NCBI GenBank assembly: GCA_017646685.1
Contig: JAGCLZ010000016.1
Coordinates: 1-63,704, forward strand
Origin: Bacteroidales bacterium
GTDB lineage: Bacteria > Bacteroidota > Bacteroidia > Bacteroidales > P3
Direction: 5' to 3'
Length of the DNA: 63,704 nt
The translations under genes were made by a program, and so were the position numbers. Positions 1-9,776 of this stretch are shown in pieces. Position 1 is the stretch's first letter; each line of letters opens with the position of its first letter. The notes below the pieces were generated by a model that was not told where the DNA came from, did no database searches, and saw nothing but the letters and a program-made list of their open reading frames with translations.

Positions 1-78
1 AAGTATTTTTTCCTTATTAAGTCTTTTTATTAATTGTCCATATACCGGCTGTCCGAAAAAATGTGTACTTTTGCTCAT
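1..78 (-). CDS. Partial CDS (first 26 codons only, runs off the left edge); possible DUF4372/IS4-type transposase N-terminus
   Basis: Own translation of the reverse complement of 1..78 gives MSKSTHFFGQPVYGQLIKRLNKEKIL. ATG is at 78..76 and the frame is open to the window edge. The family guess rests only on memory of similar N-termini. Confidence 0.3.
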   Translation of the reverse strand, partial: MSKSTHFFGQPVYGQLIKRLNKEKIL

Positions 79-529
79 AATTATATTTTAGTGTGGCAAC
101 TCTAATATAATTAAAAAAGGCTGAACTTCAAAATCGAAGCAAGCCTTTTATTTTTATGTTTAGACATAAGTTTTAGCGGACAGTAATAAAATAAAATGGA
201 TGTTTTTTGCAAAAAAAATGCATGGCATCAAGCCGGCGGGCATTCCTCTAACTTATTGAATAGCATTAGGTACTGTTTCGGTATCAAAACGGGGCGTTGG
301 TACATATATGGCATCGGCTTATGGAAGGGCACTACCATGGCAACTACAAGCAACATCACCATAATGTATGGGATTATACATTATGGTGGATAACGTTACA
401 TCTATAGCTTCAGCAGTCAATGAAAGGGTAATCGGTTCGAGACATGAAAACTTAGGTACAACGCCTCTTTTGATTGTATTTCCAAGTTTCTATAGAAAGA
501 TTTTAAGGCAACATACGGGTATAAATATA

Positions 530-952
530 TTAGTTATATACATGTAGCTGACTGCCATCATAATAAGTGGAGTACTGCCTTAACGACGATACTGCAGGAG
601 CTTTGATAGGCGAGCCGTCGGTATAGATAAACTGCGACCCACACTGCGGGCATTCCAATATCACGCCCGATTGTTCTTGCACCTCCACTCCTACCTCGTG
701 GCAATGAGGACAAGCACGCTCGTAGGCTAAAAACTCCGTCCACGAGTAGCGGAAAATAATCACTCCCTTATAGCCACCAATAAAGTATTCGTAGCCCCCT
801 ACATGGTTGAGGTTGGTATAGAAAGTAGAGTTTGGGTTGATAGTAAAATTGACATACCCCATGGGCGTATCATTTTCTTTCACACAACCTGCAAACATCA
901 TACTACCAAGCACTAATAAAGATAACAATATTTTTTTCATAACACCTGTCAT
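530..952 (-). CDS. Small exported lipoprotein with a Rieske-like / zinc-ribbon Cys-His motif
   Basis: ORF track. Signal peptide plus lipobox (LLVLGSMMFAGC). Motif CPHCH-x16-CPQCG. The start may be the internal MKK at 940. Confidence 0.6.
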   Translation of the reverse strand: MTGVMKKILLSLLVLGSMMFAGCVKENDTPMGYVNFTINPNSTFYTNLNHVGGYEYFIGGYKGVIIFRYSWTEFLAYERACPHCHEVGVEVQEQSGVILECPQCGSQFIYTDGSPIKAPAVSSLRQYSTYYDGSQLHVYN

Positions 953-955
953 ACA

Positions 956-1945
956 CTAATTCTTTTCGCTATAAACAACTGTAAATACCACGTGTGCCAC
1001 TTGCGCCAAAGCCTGCTTGTCTATCACATCCATATTGTCGTTCATAGTATGCCAATGCTCAAAAAAGCTTACACCCGGCTGGTTTTGAACAATATCCACC
1101 ATAGGTATTTGAGCTATTTGGTTTACATAAAGATGGTCGTCCAATATGGCAGGAGTGTTCTCGTTGACGAATGACGAACTGTATCCCAACTGATTGGCCA
1201 CATCCCATACCCTATTCATAAGCCCCGGAGCAAAGGTACGCGACACCTCCTCTTTGGTGTATCGAGGGTTGGCATTGCCCACCATATCAAGTAGTATTCC
1301 ATACTTGGCACGATAAAACATCACGTGCGGAGTCTTGGCCCAATGCTGTGCACCAAGGCACCAAGTGTTGTCTTGATAACGAGTTTCGAACTCGGGAATA
1401 CCTTGGTCTTCGGCATCGAAAAATATTATATCCACTCCCACACCGGGACGTTTAGCCTGCATGTTACGAGCCATTTCCATCAGCACACCCACACCGCTTG
1501 CACCATCGTTGGCACCCGGTATAGCCTTGTGGTGATTATCGAGATTAGGGTCGTGATCGGCATAGGCTCGTGAATCCCAATGAGCAGCCAGTAGCACACG
1601 GTTGGTATTTGCAGGGTCGAACGAGGCTATTATATTGGTACCTTTCACCGTTTTACCGTCCCAAAGCACTGTGTTGAAGTCTTGTACATATACAGTATCA
1701 GCCCACTGTTGCATTTTCGAAGTCAGGTATTGGGCACATTGCTTATGCTCCTTTGTGCCTGGCACACGCGGCCCAAAAGCCAACTGCTCCCCGATATATC
1801 TATAAGCCGAATCGGCAACAAAATCGGGAATATCCACAGCGGTATAATCAACTTGTTCTATGGTTTTTACATTCTTGTCGGAAGAGTTGTTGCAAGCCGT
1901 AAGTGCTATTGCAGCACCCACTACTGCCATCAATGTTTTTTTCAT
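956..1945 (-). CDS. M28-family glutaminyl-peptide cyclotransferase-like lipoprotein
   Basis: ORF 956..2002. Likely start at MKKTLMAVVGAAIALTAC (lipobox). M28/QC-type motifs HWDSR, GANDGASGVGVLME, FFDAEDQG. Confidence 0.8.
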   Translation of the reverse strand: MKKTLMAVVGAAIALTACNNSSDKNVKTIEQVDYTAVDIPDFVADSAYRYIGEQLAFGPRVPGTKEHKQCAQYLTSKMQQWADTVYVQDFNTVLWDGKTVKGTNIIASFDPANTNRVLLAAHWDSRAYADHDPNLDNHHKAIPGANDGASGVGVLMEMARNMQAKRPGVGVDIIFFDAEDQGIPEFETRYQDNTWCLGAQHWAKTPHVMFYRAKYGILLDMVGNANPRYTKEEVSRTFAPGLMNRVWDVANQLGYSSSFVNENTPAILDDHLYVNQIAQIPMVDIVQNQPGVSFFEHWHTMNDNMDVIDKQALAQVAHVVFTVVYSEKN

Positions 1946-2103
1946 CGTTATATGATTTGTTGTTCTACGTTCAAAATATTTCATGCACACTAATACAAGC
2001 ATATAACGCAGCGACCATCATTTTATTGAATATCGAAAGAAGTTTTTTTGCTACTCGAGCGGTTTTACCTACCTTCCTCAACTATTTATCTCCCGTAGTA
2101 GAA

Positions 2104-2155
2104 CAAAAAAAAGAAGATGGTCGAGTGCATGAATATCATACATTCGACCATCTTT
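2104..2155 (-). terminator. Rho-independent terminator downstream of the PAS gene
   Basis: Inverted repeat gaagatggtcga / tcgaccatctt, followed on the minus strand by a T-run (A-run 2104-2112 on plus). Confidence 0.6.
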
Positions 2156-2179
2156 ATAGTGCTTTATCGAGGTTTTGCT

Positions 2180-2524
2180 TTATTTTGCAGGCTTACGCAC
2201 GTAATGCGGCATATCCATAGGTATAACCATCGATAGTTCGATTAATCCCCTAAAAACGCCGTTTTCATACCATGGGGTTTGGTATATCAGTTTCTTCATT
2301 CCATTCTTCTCTATGGTGTAGGCGTTGGTACGGGGGTTGGCAAGCATATCTTGCAGTTTGGTACGAGCGGGTTCGGGGTGGCAGTCCATCAGGCTTTTGC
2401 CTATAAGTTCGTAGCCTCCCGAGGCTAGGAAGGTAGCAGCACTCTTGTCGTTCATATCCACGATGTTGCCTTCGGTGTCGCACACTGTTATTGCCAACCC
2501 TGCTTCTTTAAAAAACTTGTCCAT
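2180..2524 (-). CDS. Single PAS-domain protein
   Basis: 114 aa ORF of PAS-like length and pattern (ITVCDTEGNIVDMNDKSAATF...GKSLMDCHPE). No output domain. Confidence 0.65.
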   Translation of the reverse strand: MDKFFKEAGLAITVCDTEGNIVDMNDKSAATFLASGGYELIGKSLMDCHPEPARTKLQDMLANPRTNAYTIEKNGMKKLIYQTPWYENGVFRGLIELSMVIPMDMPHYVRKPAK

Positions 2525-2540
2525 ATCCGTTGTTTTTTAC

Positions 2541-2568
2541 AAAAAAGGACTGATATTACATCAGTCCT
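2541..2568 (-). terminator. Hairpin terminator downstream of ptb
   Basis: ggactgat-atta-catcagtcc stem, with a T-run on the minus strand (aaaaaa 2541-2546 on plus). Confidence 0.5.
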
Positions 2569-2613
2569 CCAATTTTAAACTCAATAAATTATGAAAAAAA
2601 TATTCCCTTCTTA

Positions 2614-3522
2614 CTATTTTGCCGACAAAGCTGCAAGAGCAATAGAATAAAGTTTGGTCTTCATGCTGTCGCCGCGCGATGATAGGATACAAGGTACTTT
2701 TGCACCCACTACCATACAAGCCAATTCGGCACCTGCAAACTTGGTACAAGCTTTGTAGAATACGTTGCCCGATTCGATGTTGGGGAACAACAAACAGTCG
2801 GCATCACCGGCTACTTCACCTTTAAGTTTCTTAATCTCAGCACTTTCTTTGTCAATAGCAACGTCCAAAGCCAAAGGTCCGTCAACGATAGCACCTTTTA
2901 TCTGTCCGCGGTTGTTCATCATTGATATGATAGCCGATTCGGAACATGCAGGCATACCTACGCTTACTTGTTCAGTAGCAGCGATAAGAGCTACTTTTGG
3001 ATTTTCTATTTCCAAACTCTTAGCAGTGCTTATAAGGTAGTTTAGGATAGTTTGTTTTTGCTTCATATCGGGAGCGGGAATGATAGCAACATCACTAGCA
3101 ACCAATAATTTGTGATAAGCAGGTACTTCAAATACAGCCATGTGAGTAAGCATATCGTTTTTCTTGCCCGGCATAAGACCTTTATCCTTTGCAAGGATAG
3201 CACGCATGTACTTGTCTGTACTCAAAAGACCTTTCATCAAAAGGTTTCCTTTTCCTTCGTTGATAAGTTCAACAGCTTTTACACCTGCTTTGGTTTCGTC
3301 AGCTTCTTGAACCAATTCAAACTTGTTTACATCAATACCTTCTTCAGCACAAACTTTCTTTATTGTGTCGATATCGCCAACCAAAGTAGCGTCAACAATA
3401 CCTGCGTCGATAGCGGCGCTAACAGCTCCTATTGTGTGAGAATCATTGGCGTAAGCAGCCACCAATCTTTTTTTGCCTCTTGATTTGGCCAAAGCCAAAA
3501 CGTCATCTAACTTTGTAATCAT
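2614..3522 (-). CDS. ptb: Phosphate butyryltransferase (phosphate acyltransferase family)
   Basis: 302 aa. N-terminus LALAKSRGKKRLVAAYANDSHTIGAVSAAIDAGIVDATLVGD and overall length are typical of Ptb. Confidence 0.85.
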   Translation of the reverse strand: MITKLDDVLALAKSRGKKRLVAAYANDSHTIGAVSAAIDAGIVDATLVGDIDTIKKVCAEEGIDVNKFELVQEADETKAGVKAVELINEGKGNLLMKGLLSTDKYMRAILAKDKGLMPGKKNDMLTHMAVFEVPAYHKLLVASDVAIIPAPDMKQKQTILNYLISTAKSLEIENPKVALIAATEQVSVGMPACSESAIISMMNNRGQIKGAIVDGPLALDVAIDKESAEIKKLKGEVAGDADCLLFPNIESGNVFYKACTKFAGAELACMVVGAKVPCILSSRGDSMKTKLYSIALAALSAK

Positions 3523-3569
3523 CTTGTTATTAATATTTATTATTCTATTATCAATTTCATTTTGAACTG

Positions 3570-3577
3570 CAAAGATA
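3570..3577 (-). promoter_or_regulatory. Bacteroidota -7 box TAtcTTTG upstream of ptb
   Basis: caaagata on plus equals TATCTTTG on minus, 48 nt upstream of the ptb ATG. Confidence 0.55.
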
Positions 3578-3919
3578 CGTGTTTTTCAGATATTTTGCCA
3601 ATAAAAACTAGATTTAATTAACAGCCCTCCATAGTTGGGCCGACAAACATCATACTATCAGTGGCTTAAAGATGCTCGTATTTTATCCTTACTTTTATCG
3701 ATAAATAAGTTTACGGCAATCGTGCAGGCAATATTCAATGCTCAACCATTTGTATGCTCAATAGTCGAGTAGCAGATGCCGAACGCTCGAACATTTAGCC
3801 CATATATGGTCGAGCATGTGCATATCAAACGCTCGAACGTTTAGCCTTCAAGCATTCGAACATAAAAAAACAAAACAGTCGAGCGTTGAGATTATTGTTA
3901 TACGAAAAGGCAAGATTGT

Positions 3920-4594
3920 TCACATCGAGCATTGAGTATCAGCCTTTGCCATACAATATCGCTTAAAGTCGCACACATAGGGTTCATCACATTGTGGTCC
4001 CATAGGCACCTCGGGTTCAAAGCCTTGCAGTATTTCGCGAAAAGCATTGAGGTTTTCATGTACAAGCTGTAGTTTTTCCTCGGCTTCGGCTGTCATATCG
4101 GTAACTACAAATTCGTCGTCGCCACGCCGGTTTACGATGTTGAAACTGTTAATATTGCCCAATGCGTTCTTGCAAACGTAGTACTGCACTGCCACGTCCC
4201 AAGCTATGGCACTGTTGATTTTTTCGGAATGCTTCACCTCAAAAATATCATAGCTCCCATCGTCGTTCTTGCGTAACACATCGGTAAGCACCAATATATC
4301 GCCGTGAAGCACTCCGGCTTCAAAGAGCTCTACACAGCCTTCGGCTGCCAGGGCATTGGTTGTAAACTCCACATACTTTATGCTTCTGATACTGCAATGC
4401 TTTTTTACATCTACAGCATTGGGAAACATATCTTTGAACTTTTGCTCAAATTCACGCCCTTTGCGGAAACGCAAAAGCGTATCCCTATCGGGTGGGGTAC
4501 GAAGTTTGGAACAATATTTGTCGAGGTATACAAGTTTAGGACATTGCATACCTCGCACAAACGACGTTTTGGTAAAAGTATAGAACCTACTCAT
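3920..4594 (-). CDS. PD-(D/E)XK (Cas4/RecB-like) nuclease-fold protein with a C-terminal Cys cluster, DUF2779-like
   Basis: ORF 3920..4720. The realistic start is MSRFYTF at 4594, because the upstream gene ends at 4609. Motifs QCPKLVYL, DIFEVKHS, and C-terminal CDEPYVCDFKRYC. Confidence 0.6.
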   Translation of the reverse strand: MSRFYTFTKTSFVRGMQCPKLVYLDKYCSKLRTPPDRDTLLRFRKGREFEQKFKDMFPNAVDVKKHCSIRSIKYVEFTTNALAAEGCVELFEAGVLHGDILVLTDVLRKNDDGSYDIFEVKHSEKINSAIAWDVAVQYYVCKNALGNINSFNIVNRRGDDEFVVTDMTAEAEEKLQLVHENLNAFREILQGFEPEVPMGPQCDEPYVCDFKRYCMAKADTQCSM

Positions 4595-4608
4595 AACAAA
4601 AGCCTTAG

Positions 4609-5226
4609 CTATGATATTGGGAATAAAATAAACACCGACACATCCCACACTGAATGTGAAACTATCAATGCAAGCAGGTTTTTGCGATAGCAATACATCA
4701 GCCCCCAAAATGCTCCACATACCATTGCCGCCATTGTAAGCATAAAGTTGAAGGAACTAACATGTACGAGCGTATATACAGCCGTAGCAGCAACCATGGA
4801 TATTGCTACGGAGTACTTCTCGCCCAAACGTTGCTGAACGTATCCACGCCAAAAGACCTCTTCGGCCGGACCTATAAGCAGGAGCAATAGCAGGCCTACT
4901 ACCATTGGGTTTTGACCGGACTTCATTCCATATATACCTCCTATCTGAGCTTCGGCAAAGGGGAAGAGCATTGTGGAAAAATAGTTGCCCAACCAAAAAA
5001 CGCCCCACAGCAAGGCAGCAGACAGCAATCCTATGCCCAAATCGGTCCACGACCACCATATACTTTGCTTCAACCTATGGCCATAAAACACGATGGCCAA
5101 TGTTGTGAGTATAGCAGCCGAAAACGACATTGCAGCCCAAAAGGGTAAATACTCTTTGGTCCATGGCGAGAACATCACAAACCAAAGAACGAATGCAACT
5201 AGTATTGATACGACAAGTTTTTTCAT
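4609..5226 (-). CDS. CPBP (CAAX protease-like / Abi) family intramembrane metalloprotease
   Basis: Polytopic membrane protein with EEVFWRGY, YTLVHVSSFNF and SHSVWD motifs. Confidence 0.8.
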   Translation of the reverse strand: MKKLVVSILVAFVLWFVMFSPWTKEYLPFWAAMSFSAAILTTLAIVFYGHRLKQSIWWSWTDLGIGLLSAALLWGVFWLGNYFSTMLFPFAEAQIGGIYGMKSGQNPMVVGLLLLLLIGPAEEVFWRGYVQQRLGEKYSVAISMVAATAVYTLVHVSSFNFMLTMAAMVCGAFWGLMYCYRKNLLALIVSHSVWDVSVFILFPIS

Positions 5227-6122
5227 AGAACAAGTGCTGTTATAAAGTTAGCAACCGATAGGAGCAACGAAAATATCATAACCAGCTTGGCAGTATTACC
5301 GTCGAGGTCCGAAATATCGGCAGGCTGTTTATGGGCAGCCATACGCTTGATATTACCTATTGCAATGGGCAATGAAAGCACTACAGCCAATGCTATCCAC
5401 GACAATACACCAACGGCTGCCAAAACTGCAACCATAACGTATGCCCCACCAACGAGCAAAAGATAATAAATTCTGGACATTTTCACTCCCAACACCGATG
5501 CCTGAGTAGCAATATTGGCCGAGGTATCGTTTTCAATATCCCTTGTATTGTTGGCATGAAGAATACCTGTAATCAACAATCCGGTAGGTGCCGATACCAA
5601 AAGCACCGAATAATCCAACACTCCTGTAAGCACAAATGAAGTGCCAAGAGCGATAAGAACACCAAAAACGATGAATATATCCAAATCGCCAAGAGCATTA
5701 AACTTTAATTTGTAGTAGAACATTGTAAGCAAAAATCCCAAACCACCTATAACAAGCAGTTGCCAACCCGTAACGCAGGTAAGCACGATTCCGATAATGG
5801 AAGCCAACACAAGCAAAATGAAACCATAGCGGAATATAGTTTTGGGTTCGAAAATTCCGTTTATTATCATCATATTTGTGTTGCCAATATTGTTTGGAGT
5901 ATCCACCCCATGCTTGTAGTCGAAATAATCGCTTATAAGATTACCCGCCGAGTGAAACAATACCACTCCCAAAAATATGGGCACAACCAACCACCAATTT
6001 ACAGCCGAAAGATTATCGCTGTTTTGAAGAAATACATAAGATGTAGCTACCAACGCCGGCATAGTAGAAGCCGGAAACGACCACGGTCTTGTAGCCAAAA
6101 ACCATTCTTTTTTTGTTGCCAT
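5223..6122 (-). CDS. UbiA-family prenyltransferase (MenA/UBIAD1-like)
   Basis: 299 aa polytopic protein with the motif NLISDYFDYKHGVD. Its stop overlaps the CPBP start (ATGA, 5223-5226). Confidence 0.75.
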   Translation of the reverse strand: MATKKEWFLATRPWSFPASTMPALVATSYVFLQNSDNLSAVNWWLVVPIFLGVVLFHSAGNLISDYFDYKHGVDTPNNIGNTNMMIINGIFEPKTIFRYGFILLVLASIIGIVLTCVTGWQLLVIGGLGFLLTMFYYKLKFNALGDLDIFIVFGVLIALGTSFVLTGVLDYSVLLVSAPTGLLITGILHANNTRDIENDTSANIATQASVLGVKMSRIYYLLLVGGAYVMVAVLAAVGVLSWIALAVVLSLPIAIGNIKRMAAHKQPADISDLDGNTAKLVMIFSLLLSVANFITALVL

Positions 6123-6368
6123 AATATTTTATTTTATCTATAGTTTATAAATCATAATTCTGTTATTCCAAATATCATGCTCTATGATGCTTAGATGCAA
6201 TATCACCTCTATTTGCCACCCCAGACCCAACAAAGAGCCGAAAACAGCCTTTTTCAATGTGTGAAACATCCTATTCGAGGAGGGTTAAAAACCATGCTCT
6301 ATGATGTTTAACCCTATTGTTCCTCGTGAAACAACACACCAAAAGCACAACCCAAATCCCCTACTCTA

Positions 6369-8246
6369 TCACCTGGTAAGATAGATTATCAATACCGAAA
6401 TATCAGCAGGCGAAACACCACTTATCCTCGATGCCTGACCCACAGTTTTGGGCTTCATTTTGGTAAGTTTCTCCCTTGCTTCATACGAAAGAGACTGCAA
6501 AGAGAAGTAATCAAAATCATCCTTCAAAGGCATATTTTCATACTTCAGAAGTTTATCTGCCACCTCCTGTTCCTTATCTATATAGTTCTGATATTTCAAA
6601 AGTACCTCGGCATATTCCAAACTTTCTGCTCTTCTATCTTCAGGAATCTGCAAATTTACATCTCGCAACTCAGCCGACATTTTCATCAAATCGACAATAT
6701 TCACCTGCGGACGCAGCAAAAGATTCAACATTTTCACCTTTTGATCTATAGCCGGAGTACCTTTCTCAACAAGTACATCATTCACCTCCGAAGGCAATAC
6801 CGATGTATTTCTTACACATTTCATCAGTTCTTCCGAGTATTTCAACTTGTCTTCCACCCTACGCATACGCTCCTCCGAAGCCAATCCCATGGCATAAGAC
6901 AATGGAGTAAGACGAATATCGGCATTATCCTGACGCAACAAAATACGATATTCAGCCCTCGAAGTAAACATTCTATATGGTTCATCAACGCCTTTAGTAA
7001 CCAAATCGTCAATCAAAACTCCAATATACGACTGCGTACGATTCATTACAAACGAAGGTTTACCTTTCAATTTCAGCACCGCATTTATACCTGCTACCAA
7101 ACCTTGAGAAGCAGCCTCTTCATAGCCCGTAGTACCATTTATTTGCCCTGCAAAGTAGAGATTTTCCACTTTTTTGGTCTCCAAAGTATATGATAGCTGT
7201 GTAGGTGGAAAATAATCATACTCTATTGCATATCCCGGTTTAAATATCCTTGCATCCTCAAAACCCTTGATGGAATGCAAAGCCTGTAGCTGCACATCCA
7301 ACGGCAACGACGATGAAAAACCATTTATATAATAAGAATTAGATTTCCAACCCTCAGGTTCTACAAACAATTGATGTCTATCCTTACCTGCAAAACGCTC
7401 TATTTTATCCTCAATAGATGGACAATACCTTGGGCCTCTACCCTGTATTCTTCCCGTAAACAACGGCGATTTGGCAAAACCCGTACGCAGAATATCATGA
7501 GTTTGCTCACTAGTATAAGCCAAATAACATGACCGTTGAGCTGTCAATATAGGAGTATCCATAAAGGAAAATTTACCCGGCTGTTCGTCACCTTTTTGCT
7601 CATCAAGCTTTGAAAAATCGATAGTTTTACCGTCTACACGCACAGGTGTTCCGGTTTTAAGGCGCTCCACTTCAAAACCAAATTCCCTCAGCTGGGCAGA
7701 CAATCCCACAGCAGGATACTCTCCTATTCTACCGCCCTCTAGCGACATTTCGCCTATATGAATAAGTCCGTTCAAAAAGGTTCCATTAGTAAGAACAACC
7801 GCTTGAGCCGGTATTTCTATACCCATTTTGGTATAAACACCTACAACCGCATTACCCTCTATCTTCACCCCCACAACCTCATCTTGCCACAAGGAAAGAT
7901 TGGGAATATACTCCAAAATATTTCGCCACACAGCCGAAAACTGCATCCTATCACTCTGTGCACGCGGGCTCCACATAGCAGGACCTTTAGAAAGATTCAA
8001 CATCCTAAATTGTATCATGGTAGTATCAGTAACTATCCCCGAATAACCACCCAAGGCATCAATCTCCCTTACTATTTGCCCTTTGGCCACCCCACCCATA
8101 GCAGGATTACAAGACATCTGACAAATAGCATCCAAATTCTGAGTTATCAGCAACGTTTTTGCACCCAAATTAGCTGCTGCTGCCGCAGCCTCAGCACCCG
8201 CATGGCCACCTCCTACCACTACAACTTCATATCTTTCCCAAACCAT
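6369..8246 (-). CDS. mnmG: tRNA uridine 5-carboxymethylaminomethyl modification enzyme MnmG (GidA)
   Basis: 625 aa. FAD motif [13 protein letters not shown] and full-length GidA-like sequence. Confidence 0.95.
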   Translation of the reverse strand: MVWERYEVVVVGGGHAGAEAAAAAANLGAKTLLITQNLDAICQMSCNPAMGGVAKGQIVREIDALGGYSGIVTDTTMIQFRMLNLSKGPAMWSPRAQSDRMQFSAVWRNILEYIPNLSLWQDEVVGVKIEGNAVVGVYTKMGIEIPAQAVVLTNGTFLNGLIHIGEMSLEGGRIGEYPAVGLSAQLREFGFEVERLKTGTPVRVDGKTIDFSKLDEQKGDEQPGKFSFMDTPILTAQRSCYLAYTSEQTHDILRTGFAKSPLFTGRIQGRGPRYCPSIEDKIERFAGKDRHQLFVEPEGWKSNSYYINGFSSSLPLDVQLQALHSIKGFEDARIFKPGYAIEYDYFPPTQLSYTLETKKVENLYFAGQINGTTGYEEAASQGLVAGINAVLKLKGKPSFVMNRTQSYIGVLIDDLVTKGVDEPYRMFTSRAEYRILLRQDNADIRLTPLSYAMGLASEERMRRVEDKLKYSEELMKCVRNTSVLPSEVNDVLVEKGTPAIDQKVKMLNLLLRPQVNIVDLMKMSAELRDVNLQIPEDRRAESLEYAEVLLKYQNYIDKEQEVADKLLKYENMPLKDDFDYFSLQSLSYEAREKLTKMKPKTVGQASRISGVSPADISVLIIYLTR

Positions 8247-8307
8247 GTTTTATATACTTTATACTTATTCAACCAAAGCTATCTACTTATTTATCTACAT
8301 TTTAATA

Positions 8308-8751
8308 CTAATGTTTCTCGTGAAACATAGTCATATCATCCCATACTTTTAGTGCCTCTTCTTCCCTTTTTCGCATTATTTTTGCCTCTTCGTCAGTCTT
8401 GTCACCAACACCAAGAAGATGCAAAATTCCATGGATAATAACGCGGTGCAACTCCTGTTCAAAAGTACAACCAAACGTTTGAGCATTATCCTTTATGCGA
8501 TCAACACTTATCAATATATCACCCGATACTACATCACCTTCCACATAATCAAAAGTAATAATATCAGTATAAGTATCGTGCTCCAAATAAGAAATGTTTG
8601 CTTCCAACACTTGGTCGTCACTACAAAACATATAAGCAATATCGCCCACTTTCTTATTTTCTCTCTTTATCATGGATGCTATCCATGCCTTTAACTTCAT
8701 TTTTTCTTTCAATCGAAAGCCTTCTTTCTCTACAGAAAAATGTATTGCCAT
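8308..8751 (-). CDS. ybeY: rRNA maturation RNase YbeY
   Basis: 147 aa with the zinc motif HGILHLLG. Confidence 0.9.
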   Translation of the reverse strand: MAIHFSVEKEGFRLKEKMKLKAWIASMIKRENKKVGDIAYMFCSDDQVLEANISYLEHDTYTDIITFDYVEGDVVSGDILISVDRIKDNAQTFGCTFEQELHRVIIHGILHLLGVGDKTDEEAKIMRKREEEALKVWDDMTMFHEKH

Positions 8752-8932
8752 TACTTACGTATTTTTTTGTTATAATCGTTTTTTAGCTCTATTATCAGAA
8801 CATCAGTATACACCATACAAGTTACAGTATTTTAATATATTATAGATAATTTTTATACTTCTAAAGGCGTTTTCCTTGCAATATAATATATAATTCGAAT
8901 ATTTACCTTGCTATACAGCATAGATAAACGCT

Positions 8933-9130
8933 TTATACTGCAGTTGTATCCGAATCGCTCTTACCATCTTTTTGATCAAAGAGAGAAAGTCCCAAACAAG
9001 CGACCGCCATTCCCAACATCATAAACAAACTTTCAGTTTCCACATCAACTTTCATAACAGAAAGTACAAATACAGCTGTTCCCAATCCTACAGCCAAAGC
9101 TTTAAAAACAGTATTAAAAATTGGATTCAT
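8933..9130 (-). CDS. Small two-TM membrane protein (hypothetical)
   Basis: 65 aa ORF with two hydrophobic helices and an acidic tail. No other support. Confidence 0.35.
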   Translation of the reverse strand: MNPIFNTVFKALAVGLGTAVFVLSVMKVDVETESLFMMLGMAVACLGLSLFDQKDGKSDSDTTAV

Positions 9131-9222
9131 ATCTATTCATTTTTACACAGAAAAAGCGACCGACAATAACCACAATAACCACTGCCGCTCGCTTTAAACT
9201 ATTCCTATTTTATATTTTTCTA

Positions 9223-9693
9223 TCAAACATTAATTTTCTTTGGATCAAAGAAATGTTGCAATGTAGCTGCACGCTCCAAAGAGCGAGAGGCTTCTATACC
9301 TTGAATCATAAACTCTAATTTCACTCTTTTACCACCTTTGGAATAAGTGCAAGAATCTGCCAACGTTTGCATCAAAAATATACCATCACCTTTACCACCC
9401 TCCAACGACAAGCCTGAATAGCCTTTATAATTAAAGCCATCTCCCTCATCTTCAACAATAAAAGCAATCCCGCCTCTACATTTCGAATACTTAATGGAAA
9501 CAGATTTGCTTTCGTCCGATTTATTACCATGAAGTATAGCATTTTCAACTGCTTGCATTACTGCAACAGATATTATTCCATAGTAGTTGTGAATGTTCAT
9601 TGTATCACATACTGTATCAAGAAACTGCTCTACCTTAGTTAAATTAGCAGTATTAGACTGAATAACAATGTGTTCCATATATAATATATTCAT
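9223..9693 (-). CDS. HATPase_c (RsbW/SpoIIAB-like anti-sigma Ser kinase fold) ATP-binding protein
   Basis: N-box AVENAILHGN and G1-box VEDEGDGF. The start may be M6 (9678), given the promoter box at 9705. Confidence 0.7.
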   Translation of the reverse strand: MNILYMEHIVIQSNTANLTKVEQFLDTVCDTMNIHNYYGIISVAVMQAVENAILHGNKSDESKSVSIKYSKCRGGIAFIVEDEGDGFNYKGYSGLSLEGGKGDGIFLMQTLADSCTYSKGGKRVKLEFMIQGIEASRSLERAATLQHFFDPKKINV

Positions 9694-9704
9694 TTTACAG
9701 ATTA

Positions 9705-9712
9705 CAAAGATA
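9705..9712 (-). promoter_or_regulatory. -7 box TAtcTTTG upstream of the HATPase gene
   Basis: caaagata on the plus strand, immediately upstream of ORF 9223..9693. Confidence 0.45.
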
Positions 9713-9776
9713 CGTTATTTTTCTAAGCAAGACAAGTCTGTTTAAAATATTTTTTTACACCACCAAATGTCAATTA

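Noticed and set aside
196-393. ORF 196..393(+), 65 aa.
   Set aside because: No motifs, odd composition and no promoter box. It lies in unexplained non-coding DNA next to the partial transposase-like start. Left unannotated.
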